A stretch of DNA of 64,000 bases, taken from NCBI RefSeq assembly GCF_006345805.1, contig NC_043013.1:14198001-14262000 (forward strand). The letters run 5' to 3'. The position numbers and the translations under genes were made by a program. A model generated the notes under the pieces. It saw nothing but the letters and a program-made list of their open reading frames with translations, was not told where the DNA came from and did no database searches. This document shows, piece by piece, positions 13,145 through 25,447 of the stretch. Every line of letters begins with the position of its first letter. Within the stretch, counting starts at the first letter, position 1. This DNA comes from Octopus sinensis. Lineage: Eukaryota.

Positions 13145-14524
13145 TACGAGGGTTGTGTCGAAAGTAATTTAAGCGCGGGCGTAAGAAGTTTGTATTTACT
13201 GACAAAGGTCGCTCATATTGTACATATTTGTAGAGTAACTCTTCTTGTTCTTCATTGAGAGCAAACAATATGTTCCAGTCTGAAATAACGTCGTATGGTC
13301 ATTGAGTTCTTGATGAAGAAGCTACAGAAGCTTTCTCATACATACAAAATGTTGCAGCTTATTGACAGAAATGACACCACTGACAAGAATAACGTGCAGA
13401 GATAAAAGAAGTTTAAAGAAAGCGAAAGCAGTTTTGAAAACAAACTACGCAGTATGAAACCATCAACAGCGACCCCTGGTACGAATCACCAGTAAATAGA
13501 TGAAATGATTCACACGAACAGACAAGTCACAATCCGCGAAGTTGCTGAACGACTGGACAGAGTTTACAATGCGTTACAGAAGGTGGTGCAGGACTTTGGA
13601 TATCGAAGTGCGTACCTCGGCAGTTGGTATCCAATTTGAAGGAGAAAAGGGTAGGAGTCTGCTCTGATCTACAGGGAGAATTCTGATTTGATGAGAGGGA
13701 ACTAAAGACCCAGTTCATGGAATGGTGTCACACCTCTCCAAGGCCTAATAAGTTCAAGACCATTTTGGAGGAAGATAACAAGAGCATCGTTCTCTTGATT
13801 TTCTGAAAAGTGACAATACCTATTTCTTTACTACCCACAAGGGGCTAAACACAGAGAGGACAAACAAACGGATTAAGTCGATTACATCGACCCCAGTGCG
13901 TAACTGGTACTTAATTTATCGACCTCGAAAGGATGAAAGGCAAAGTCGACCTCGGCGGAATTTGAACTCAGAACGTAACGGCAGACGAAATACGGCTACG
14001 CATTTCGCCCGGCGTGCTAACGTTTCTGCCAGCTCGCCGCCTGCAGCTCGCAAGTGACAATACCGCGAACAGCGAGCGGTTCATTGAGAAAGACAAAAGC
14101 TTATTAGAGAAGCCATCGGAAGGAAAAGACCAAACAAAAATTTCAAAGTGTCCTACATTAACTATGATAGCGCGTGGCCCAACAAATCTTTGACTGCAAA
14201 TCAAGGAATCAGAAAATAAACCTGGTCGGTACAACATGGTATTGGCGCCCTCTGACTTTCTTCTGTTCGATCCATGAAGGACAGTCTTCAGAGGCATCGA
14301 TTTTATAACACAGACGGGGATGTAAACGGCTGTGAAGAAGTGAGTACAATAGTGCATCCCCGAATTCTTGAAAGAGTATTTGATGCAAACGCATCACTTG
14401 TGATGGAAATTATGTTGAGTTATACTTTTGTATAGAAGGAGAGTTACTCTAACAACATTTGCAATTTAAACGTCCTATGTCAGTTAATGAAATAAGAGGT
14501 GCCCACTTTTACAGTACTTTCGTA
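13145..14524 (+). mobile_element. Degenerate mariner element interrupted by a SINE
   Basis: TACGAGGG start; decayed transposase N-terminus (IEFLMK..KFKESESSFENKLRS.KPST) and C-terminus (SMKDSLQRHRF..CDGNYVE); ends near ...ctttcgta. Confidence 0.65.
13818..14042 (-). mobile_element. SINE family A, near-intact
   Basis: Full-length consensus-like copy inside the mariner relic. Confidence 0.88.
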
Positions 14525-15287
14525 TTTTCTTGTCTAACCTTGTTTTATGGGGTGTCATGTATTGTGTAACAATTGCTTCTTGTCTTAAATGAATGGTGAG
14601 CCCTACAAAGACCTTATTTGTGACTGTTAGTTTTAAAATAAAATATATACATTATATTGATCATGCATAGCTTACACACACACAACTGATATAAAGTCAT
14701 GCTCACTTTTGAAACAGTTTCAGTATAACCCTCGTATATATAAATATATGTAATTTAATGACGCCTCTGTCTATTTCTCTCAATGTAACTATTATCCAAT
14801 GACGTCTGTATATGAATATATTTATTGATATTGATATCAATAAATCAGTCTATTTGATTAAGTTATATTCCTAACAATAACAATATCTTTAAATACAATT
14901 TCATGGTTTCCAGTAGGGTAATCGATTGCTGTCGAGATCGCGTAAAGACATCTGAATCTATTGTCCAATCGATCCCTCTTTTCCTGCTCAGAGTTAAATC
15001 GTATAAACATGACAGTTACTTACGATTGTCTCGTGTGTCTAATGTATTTAATTCGTTTACAAACACAGTGACGGCTAAAGTCAATAGATTTACTTCATAG
15101 CAAAGTTTAGCATTTATATTTAAAACATTTAGCATGTGATCAGATCATCTCTTTATAATCTATGTATTTGTATCATTATAGCAATGTGTATAATGATATC
15201 TTCCCTCCACCCAAGTTATGTATGTGGGTACACACACCCATACGTATATGCATGCATAGCTGTGTGACAAGAAGTTTGTTTCCCTAA

Positions 15288-15690
15288 GGCGGCGAGCTGG
15301 CAGAAACGTCAGAACGCCGGGCGAAATGCGTAGCCGTATTTCGTCTGCCGCTGCGTTCTGAGTTCAAATTACGCCGAGGTCGACTTTGCCTTTCATCCTT
15401 TCGCGGTCAGTTACGCACTGGGGTCGATATAATCGACTTAATCCGTTTGTCTGTCCTTGCTTGTCCTCTCTGTGTTTAGCCCCTTGTGAGTAGTAAAGAA
15501 ATAGGTATTTCGTCTGCCGTTACGTTCTGAGTTCAAATTCCGCCGAGGCCGACTTTGCCTTTCATCCTCTCGGTGATCGATAAATTAAGCACCAGTTACG
15601 CACTGGGGTCGATGTAATCGACTTAATCCCTTTTTCTCTCCTTGTTTGTCCCCTCTATGTTTAGCCCCTTGTGGGCAATAAGGAAATATG
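15288..15690 (+). mobile_element. SINE family A with tandem partial duplication
   Basis: ggcggcgagctggcagaa head; body repeated twice. Confidence 0.85.
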
Positions 15691-15972
15691 AAATAAGTTG
15701 GTTTCCTAACCACATGCGTGGTTGCAAGCGCAATCCCACAGCGAGGCACGTTGGGTAAGTGTCTTCTACTATAACCACGGGCCGACCAAATCCCTCTGAG
15801 TGGATTTACTGGACGAAAACTGAAACCTGTCCCGTGTGTGTTATTACACACACACACAGACACACACACATATTTAATCTAATTCTTGAAATTATGCATT
15901 TATTTATAGGTTGGAATTGAAATGTACGCAGGTTTTCTTAAAATATATTTGTATTCAGTCTTTACCTTGGAA

Positions 15973-16358
15973 CATCATCATCATCATCGTTTAGCGTCCG
16001 TTTTCCATGCTAGCATGGGTTGGACGGTTCTACTGGGGTCTGTGAAGCCAGAAGGCTGCACCAGGCCCAGTCTGATCTGGCAATGTTTCTACGGCTGGAT
16101 GCCCTTCCTAACGCCAACCACTCCGTGAGTGTAGTGGGTGCTTTTTACGTGTCACCCGCACAGGTGCCAGACAGAGCTGGCAAACGGCCACGAACGGATG
16201 GTGCTTTTTATGTGCGACCGGCACGAGGGCCAGGCGAGGCTGGCAACGGACACGAACGGATGGTGCTTTTAACGTGCCACCAGCACGAGGCCAGTCGGGG
16301 CGGCGCTAGCAACGGTCGCGAAACGGAAGGTTCTCTTACATGCCACCGGCACTGGTAA
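15973..16358 (-). mobile_element. SINE family C with (GAT)n tail and internal tandem units
   Basis: ggcgttaggaagggcatccagc...aacccatgctagcatggaa...gatgatgat on the minus strand; other copies near 26560, 29525, 40040, 42945, 46240. Confidence 0.8.
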
Positions 16359-16784
16359 CACATCCATGTTAATAAATCAATTTACATCCTTACCAACTCT
16401 CCATTTTCTCACCTTTTATTAAATAATACTTATAATAATCCCAGACATATCGTGGAGACTTCCCTCGAACGTGTTGGGGATTAAACCTGTGAAATTTTGG
16501 ATATATTAATCCCTTATGAGGATAAGACATCCTCGAATTTACACGAATATTATATGTGCGTGTGTCTTTGTGTTTGTTCTACCAAGGCTTGAAAATCAGT
16601 GTTGGTTTCTTTACGACCCCGTAACATAGCAGTTCGGCAAAAGAGACCGATAAAATAAATACCAGTTTTTAAAAGAATATATCTTTACATGGAAATCATT
16701 AGTTCAACTAAAACTTTACAAAAGAATGCACCAGCATGGCCGCAGTCGCATGACTGGAAAAAATAAAAGATATGCACACACACA

Positions 16785-16815
<31 letters not shown>

Positions 16816-16926
16816 CAATATATAGATTTAGATAACCATTTATATTTATGATTTACATCAACATAATAAATACATACATAGATATAACATACAATTACAA
16901 GACAAGGAACATATTTATATATTATA

Positions 16927-17069
16927 GCAGTGGTTGTGTGGTAAGTAGCTTGCTTACCAACCACATGGTTCCGGGTTCAGTCCCACTGCGTGGCATCTTA
17001 GGCAATGTCTTCTACTGTAGCCTTTGGCCGACCAAAGCTTTGGTAGACGGGAACTGAAAGAAGCCCGTC

Positions 17070-17122
<53 letters not shown>

Positions 17123-17574
17123 GTGATTTTTGCTACCCAGGTATCGGTTATCATTTGAATTATCCGTAATAAGATAATTCATTTATCTACTTCAAATATA
17201 TATATAGATTATCTATATATATAATATATATATATATATAGATTATCTATATATATATATATATATATATATAATTATCATCTATATATAATATATATAT
17301 ATATATAGATTATCTATATATATATATATATATATATATAGATTATCTATATATATATATATATAGATAATTTTATCTATATATAGATTATCTATATATA
17401 TAATCTATATATATATAATCTATATATAATAATATATATTATATATATAATATATTAAATAATATATATATAATATATATATATATAATATATATATATA
17501 TAATATATATATATAATATATTATATATATATATATAATATATATAATATATATAATATAATATAATATTATAT

Positions 17575-17622
<48 letters not shown>

Positions 17623-17636
17623 TATATATATTATAT

Positions 17637-17667
<31 letters not shown>

Positions 17668-17980
17668 GATTATCTATATATATAATCTATATATATATAT
17701 ATAGATTATCTTATATATATAATCTATCTATATATATATATATATATATAGATTAATCTCTCTCTCCTCTCTCTCTCTCTCTATGTGTGTGTGTGTGTGT
17801 TTGTCCCTCTAGCATTGATTGACAACCGATGCCGTTGTGTTTATGTCACCGTCACCTGGCAGTTCGGCATTAGAGACCAATAGAATAAGTACTAGGCATA
17901 CAAAGAATAAGTCCCGGGGTCGATTTGCTCGACTAAAGGCAGTGCTCCAGCATGGCCACAGTCAAATGACTGAAATAAGA
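16927..17980 (+). mobile_element. SINE family B with greatly expanded internal (TA)-rich tract
   Basis: Head 16927-17070 and tail 17795-17980 are separated by about 700 bp of TA-rich repeats. Confidence 0.75.
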
Positions 17981-18339
17981 GTTATATGAGGTAAAAATGT
18001 ACATGAAAAGCGTAAATAAATAAAGGTTGATATATCGCTTAAAAATCATTTTAAAATTAAGGTTAAAGGACGTTGAAATAAGGATTAAAAATTATAAAAT
18101 ATATCGGCAGTAGTGGGAAATCCTAAATATGGATTTAAAAGTTTAGAAGAGTTCATTTCTTCGGAACTCTTCTAAACTTTTAGATCTATAATAAGGATTT
18201 CCCACTACTCTCGATGTATGCTTTAACTTTTAATCCTTATTTCAACGTCCTTTAGTCTTAAATTTGAAATGATTTTGAAGCGATATATCAACCTTTATTC
18301 ATTTACCCTTTTCATGTACAATTTTACCTCATATAACTC
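17979..18339. repeat. Fold-back palindrome, about 360 bp
   Basis: gagttatatgaggtaaaa... pairs with ...ttttacctcatataactc along its whole length; short loop near 18155. Confidence 0.9.
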
Positions 18340-18405
18340 CCATTTCTTTCTGAATAATATAATTGAATGTTCTGCCTATGTATGGATTTATTATGTTGAC
18401 GTAAA

Positions 18406-18814
18406 GGATCTTTTCGGTTTGACCGGCAGTTTTTAAAAATAATTTCTACGTAACTAAACACTTTTAAACTTCGTATACTGGTAGAATGTGTTTAGAAAAC
18501 ATCTTTTTCTCTTGGCTTTATTGAGAAAATTCTATAGTTTGTAAGATATTTGTTGTTTTTCTTCTTCAATTTCTGCAATTTCAACAAATCAATGACGTCT
18601 ATTGAGGTGAAAACATTCTGTGCCGTATGAATATGTCCCTCGTTTAAGAAACATATTGGGTTTATTTACATTTCTGAAGAAAAGAAGATACCCTTCCCCC
18701 CACCTCTAACCCTAAAACAGATTGAAATTCAATAGATCGATACTAGGGTCATAATTATGGGTGAGTTTCATATGACACCACTAGAAAAAAATGCCGTTCA
18801 AACCGAAAAGATCC
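18406..18814. mobile_element. MITE with 8-bp TSD (Merlin-like)
   Basis: TIRs ggatcttttcggtttga / tcaaaccgaaaagatcc; TSD gacgtaaa at 18398-18405 and 18815-18822. Confidence 0.85.
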
Positions 18815-19492
18815 GACGTAAATCATAAATATAAATGATTATATAAATGTTTGTTTATTCTTATACGAAGTTATGTAATGTCTAACGTCTCGGGTTCGAC
18901 CTGAGCACTTCCAAGCAATCGAGTAAAAAAGCTTTTCCTAAAAGAAAAAAAAAACAAAAACAATGTGTGTGCCTGCGCGCGTGTATACACGTATATATTA
19001 ATTACCGAGACACCATGTAATCAACGGAACTTTTGAAACTATATGCTTTTTAAATTTTTTTATAATTATCGACACTCTCTAAAACAGTGGTTCTCACCCG
19101 GGGATCCATGCAACAAAATAGTAAACTTTGCGTGTGCGTGCTTGCTCGCTCATCTACACACGAATGTATAAAAATTAGCAGTCTCTCGTCAAGGGAGATA
19201 ACAGCAAATGTTTGTTCATGAGTTATTCCTCTTGTTTTACTTTTATTTCTGTTGTGTCTGGGGAGAGTCATTTTCTTTTTGTGCCTTATAATATAACACA
19301 CTCACCGGTAAAATTTCTACTTATTTCATATTTTTATTGTCCTAAAATTTTCGTTGCGTCTTGCAATAGTCTTGACTCTGTCCGTTATTTACACTGCGTT
19401 CCTTTTTGTTTGTTTGTGCGCATGCGTGTGGGTCAGTGTGTGTATGAGCCTATGCATGCATGCATGTATGTGTGTATGCATGTGTATGTATG

Positions 19493-19535
<43 letters not shown>

Positions 19536-21158
19536 CTTGCAGAGAAAATGACTCTCCCCAGACACAACAGAATATGTCTTCCTGAGTCTCCCTTTTCCAC
19601 AAGTTCCATCCACTATAAGTGTTCAAATGGTACTTATTTTATCAACCCCAAAAGGATGAACTGCAAGGTTAACTTCAGTGGAATTTGAACTGAGAATGTA
19701 TAGCCAGTTTGTCTGGCATGCAAACAATGTTGCCAGCTCACTGCTTCACAATAAAATAAAATAATAAAAATAAATTGAAAACTTTTACAAAACTATGAAT
19801 ATTTCTGAATATAGCTCGATTTTATTTCATTTCACACAATAATTTTTCAAAAATTATAAAATGAGTATTTTTAGAAATTTATCCTTATAATTTTTTTTAC
19901 TCATAAATCCTCCCTCCACCTTCTGCTACACATAATGTTAAATTCATAAAACAAGAAAAAGAAAAGTCTTGATATTTTACAATTTTTTTCAAAATTAATT
20001 TTCTGAGATTCTTTTCCAAAATTAGAATACAAAATGTCCTAGGTAAAAAGAAAAGAAAATGAAAAAAAAAAAAAAAAATAGTTATAAGAATGTATGAGAT
20101 CCCTTTCTGTTAAAGAATTTGATCTTTCCAAACCGGACATCAAAAAGTGGCTTAAAAAATTTTTCTTAATTTTTTTAAAATTTCAGTTTTAATTTTTATC
20201 AATTGTATTTTTTCTTTTCTCATGATTAGAACAATACCACAGGAGTTACCAAACAGGTTTCAAATCATTCTTAAATCTGCTTAACTTCCTAGAGTGTTAA
20301 TGATTCTGTCAACTTGCCTTCCTAATAACGATAAAAATAATGGTTTCAGATTTTGGCACAAGGCCAGCAATTTCAGGGAAGTGGGTAAGTTGATTACATT
20401 AACCCCAGTAGTCAACTGGTACTTATTTTATCAACCCTGAAAGGATGAAAGGCAAAGTCAATCTTGGCAGAATCTGAACTCAGAATGTAAAGACACAAAA
20501 TACCAGTGAACATTTTGCCTGGTGTGCTAACAATTCTGCTAGCTTGCTGCCTTAAGTAGGGATTAATATTGGATTCAAATTTTGGCACAAGGCCAGCAAT
20601 TTCAGGGAAGGGGGCCAAGTTGATTAGATCAACTTCAGAACTCAACTGGTACTTATTTTATCAACCCCGAAAGGATGAAAGGCAAAATCAACCTTTGTGG
20701 AATAACAAGACGATGTATTAGCGTTGTAGGTAGTGGATTTTGGTGCTGTTGTAGTAGTAGTAGTAAAGAGGTAGGTCAGACCTGACGTAGGAGATATGAC
20801 CAAAAGAATTCCTGTCATGATTGCTGTATCTTTATTTCAGACAATGTGTGGAGATTTGATTGCTATTTCTAGCTGTTGGAACAACCACAAAGAGGCTTCC
20901 TCATCATATTGGTGGCGGTGTTGATAGTGGTGATGGTGGAGTTAGTGTTGTAGGTAGTGGCAATGATATAATTGGTAGTGGAGGTGTTGGTGGTGAGGAT
21001 GGGTGCTGCTATTCCTGACAACTGAGCTGTTGGTGTTGTTGGTGTAGCTGGTAGTAGTGTTGTTGACGGTGTCAGTCTGGTGGTATTAGGGGGCAGGGGT
21101 AGTTTTGCTATTCTTGATGGTGCTGTTGCTGTTTCTGACACTATTGGTAATGGTGTAC

Positions 21159-21317
21159 TTAGCTGGATTCCCTTTTTTGCAGGAACTTGTAGACAGATGA
21201 AAAATCCATTTCAGAAAAGCCGTTGTTACACATAATTCTGTACAAATTTAAGGCCATTCCACCAAGTGGTGTCGGGGATTGAGTTGCGCCAGCAGCATTC
21301 TGTGCCAGACCAAGATC
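21159..21317 (-). CDS. HIBADH: HIBADH exon 9 (terminal)
   Basis: cag|[55 protein letters not shown]. Confidence 0.95.
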   Translation of the reverse strand, partial: DLGLAQNAAGATQSPTPLGGMALNLYRIMCNNGFSEMDFSSVYKFLQKRESS

Positions 21318-24300
21318 CTGGAGACAGAAAAAAAAAAAAGGGTAACAACAAAAATAACTGGATATACATAGCGCCAGATATGGTGTGTAAAAGAGAAGAC
21401 AGCAATGGTATGGCCATGTAATGTGTATGAATGAAGACGGTTGTGTCAAGAGGTGCTGATCTCTAATTGTAGAGCAAATATGTAGAAAGGGTAGACCCGG
21501 AACACATGGGATGAAGTGGTGAGAAAGGATCTACTGACATTGGGACCCACAAAAGGGATGACAAGGAACTGAGACCCCTGGTGATTTGCTGTGCTTGAAG
21601 AGACACGTCAAGCTAAGTAAAAGCATGGTTGTCCTTGCATTCAAGCTTGTCCCCTGCAACTGAGCACATCTCAGTCCCTCCCTAAATGAACATCCCTAAT
21701 CTTGCGGGTTCATAGGTGCTGGTGTCATGTAAAAAGCACCCATGCTGGTGCTGCGTAAAAGCACCCAGTAGACTCTGTAAAGTGGTTTGTGGTGTTAGGA
21801 AGGGCATCCAGCCATAGAAGCCATGCCAAAACAGACAGGGGGCAGCATGGAAAATGGATATTAAATGATGATGATGAATGTAATAAAAGATTGAAATATG
21901 TCTTGTTAGCATAATGAAGTTAATTAGATTTTGTTCCTTTTAGTCACAGGAGTGGCTCTGCAGTTAAGGAGCTTCTTCTCAATGATGTCGTTTTGGGTCA
22001 CACTGGCACTGTGTGAGTTACAGATAGGGTTATCTGTGGAGTCATATTTTGTAGCGAAAAGAAATAATGGTCTTTTGGGTGCTATTTCTAAATTTTTCAG
22101 TATGTGGTTAAGCAACTTGTTGCTAAACCCTTAATTATTGTTATATCTATCTATCTATATATATATGTATATATACAGTGTGTGTGTATCTCTTTCAGTA
22201 TGTGTTTGTTTGTTCCTCACCACTGCTTGACAACCAGTGATGGTGTGTTTACATCCTTGTAACTTAGTAGTTTAGCGAAAAAGACCAATGATATAAATAC
22301 CAAACAAACAAAAAAAAAAGTACTGGGCTCAATTTGTTTGACTAAAATTGGCCACAGTCAAATCACTAAAATGAGCAAAAGTTAAAAAAAAAGGGGGGGT
22401 ATTAGGTGGGTGAATGTGTGTGATGAGCTTCTCACAGTTTCCTTCAACAAAATTCCACTGATAAGGTATTGGTCAACCAAAGGGTATTGTAGAAGATACT
22501 TGCCCATGGTCAAGCACAGTGGAACCGAACCCAGAATTAGATGTTTGCAATGGGAACCATTTTTTAACAATATAGATATGTCAGCATTTATAAAAAAAAA
22601 ACCCAAAAAGACCTTAGTTTTTATTCATAGGAACTGATAAGAATGTGACAAACCTTAAGCATTAATGCTGTTCCAAACCCGCCTTTATAGTTATTGCTGG
22701 AAGGGACACCTTCTTTAACCCCTGGTACAGGGTTGTACATCTCACTTGACCAACAGCGGCCAGAACTCACGTTCAAGATGCTAGCCAGCATTTTTGCATC
22801 CAATCCAAGTCTAGTTTGAGAGAAAGAGAAACACAGAGATATTAATTAGATATAAATGAGTGAGAGAGAGAGAGAGAGAGAGAGGGAGAGATCAATACAG
22901 TGGCATATCTCAATTTATATCAGTCATTGGTTCCAGGACATGCAACTTAACTCGTGTAACATGAAAAACCATTATTTGATGTGGTGTGAAAGAAGGAAAG
23001 TTGTAAATATAGTTGAGTTAACGGTTCCTCATGAAGATAATATGGACGCCGCTCGGGCTCGAAAATTTAACCATTATGTAAACCTCCTTGAGGAATGTGA
23101 AGACGCAGGCTGGAAAGCGGAACATTTTCCAATCGAAGTTGGACGTAGAGGGTTCGTTGGACACAGTGTAAGACGACTGTTGTTATCGCTAGGCCTAACT
23201 CATCGTAATGTCAATACCACCATGATCGATATCCAACCTACAGTGGAGAAGGCTAGCCACTGGATTTGGTTAAAAAGAGAGGATGAGCGATGGCTCGAAG
23301 GATATTAAGCTTTATTTGATAACCAGTTGATCTAGCAAGCGGGGCCTCATATCAGTGAGGGGGGCCAGTGTGCATTGATGCCGTCAAGAGGTAGGCCCCG
23401 AAACGGCGAGCATTCTCTCCTGATGACCCCATACACTTGCTGGCTTCCAGTATGCGGAGTTTTTGACTGGTAGCACTTGCCTATGCAAGTTTTTTGCAAG
23501 ATATATCTGTTTTAATAAATGGTTTTTAACATAGCTTCATATGTATTTTAATTGATTTTCCATTTCAGAATTAGCTTTCAGGCAGTTATTAAATTTTCAA
23601 ACTTATAAATATGTTTGATGCAACTGAAAAACATGTTCCTAATTAGTCAAGAAAATTTCTGCTAATTTGTGTTAGCTGTCATTAACAGAAAGAAAGTTTC
23701 TACTGTATCTAAAATCGTTGGCGTTTTATCATATGTCTGACTAGCACTATGACCTGGCAACGCCGGGTCATAATGCTAGTGCATGCATAAACAGCTGCGT
23801 GCGTGTGCACATACACGCGAATACTGTCCAAATCTCTGACCAATCACATACACCTAGCTGGCATTCAACTGGCGTATCAAGTTTCGAGCATTTTGATTGG
23901 GTTTTGGATAGAAAATTCGCAAAAAAGTCACTTCTCTTGATTTTTTTAATGGCTTTGCGGGGTGACTGGGGAAATGTAAAAATGTGCACGACCACCCTTG
24001 GACGTCTTTGAATGACCATATAAAGTGCAAGCCCTCTAACTGAAAAATTGTGGTTCTGTATAAAGGAACACACACACACAGACAGACATTTTGCCATTTA
24101 TATATATAGAGATAATTTATTTGGTTTCTTCTTGACCACTTCTTCCCCTCTGTCCATGTTTGTGCCTCTGATGACTAATGTGACCGATTCTTGCACAGTT
24201 CACAAGGGATCTGTGGTGGAGGCTTTGGTTGTCGCAGCCTCCTTTTTCTTTCTTGCAAAAAAAAAAAAAAAAATGAAAAATGGAGCTAATATAACTTGTT

Positions 24301-25390
24301 ACTTTTCAAACTGCAATAAAGAATTTTCTTTTACTGCATTTACAGTACCTGTATTTTATTAGATTAATAAAACTTGTCTCAGTTGTATCTGGCTGAAAGT
24401 CAGGGTTCTTAATGGTTTCAAATTTTGGCAGAGGACCAGCAATTTTAGGGGATCTTTACCATTTGACCGACAAATTTAAAAAGTAATTTTTTGTAACTAA
24501 ACAACTTTCAAACTTCGTATAGTGGTAGAATGTGTCACATAAAATATCTTTTACTGTTGGCATTGTTGAGAAAATTCTGTATTTTGGAAGCATTTCGTCC
24601 TGCATGCTAATGTTTCTGCCAGCTTGCCACCTTATAGTATATGGTTTGTGGTGGTGTGCTGGTGCTGGTGTATGGTAGTAGCATTGCCAGTAGTGTATAG
24701 TAATAGTAGTGTTGTGGTGGTTGTAGTGTGGTGTAGTGTTGGGGGTAATAGCATGGTTGTGTTGGTGGCAGTGATGGTGGTAAGGTGCAACAAGATCAAT
24801 AAGGGCTGTTTTAATTTCTTACAGTGAAGGTGAGAGTAATGGTAGGGATGTAGTAGATGATTAGTATAGGCTGCAGTAGTGGTGGTGGTAGTTTAGGTAG
24901 TAGTGGTGGTTGCAGTAGTGGTGATGGCATAATTGGTGCTTGCGGTGGTGTAGGTTGTAGTGGTAGTATTGATGTGACACTTCATCTGAAACGGAGCAGA
25001 TGGAGTTGACTGTGTGTGTGTGGGGGAAGTGATGGTGGTCAGAGGAGGAGGAGGAGGTAATGGAAGAAGAGATAATGCGTGAGCGAGGGTGTGTAGATTT
25101 GCAAGTTCTTGAGATCCTGTGTGCGTTTGTATGCAAGAGAGCTTGTGTATATATGTGTGTGCATATATGAATCTATGTATGGGGGAGAGTGTGTATATGT
25201 GTGTGCAAGTTATTCAGTATGTGTGTGTGTGTTTGCGTGTGTACATGAGTGTGAGTGTGTATACTGTGTATGTGTGTGTGTGTATGCATGAGATCATGCA
25301 TATAGGCACGCATATGAATGCATGTGTGTGTATGTGTGTGTATGAAAGTCATCTTGTATGTGTGTACTTATGCATAGAAGTCAATCTGTG

Positions 25391-25447
<57 letters not shown>

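Noticed and set aside
19340-19378. Hammerhead in the 19.3-kb copy of the inverted mini-element
   Set aside because: The core UUGAAAA segment is deleted relative to 38985-39021.
22856-23308. Antisense nested host gene in HIBADH intron 7
   Set aside because: The N-terminus is a (GA)n translation and the rest is a LINE endonuclease domain.
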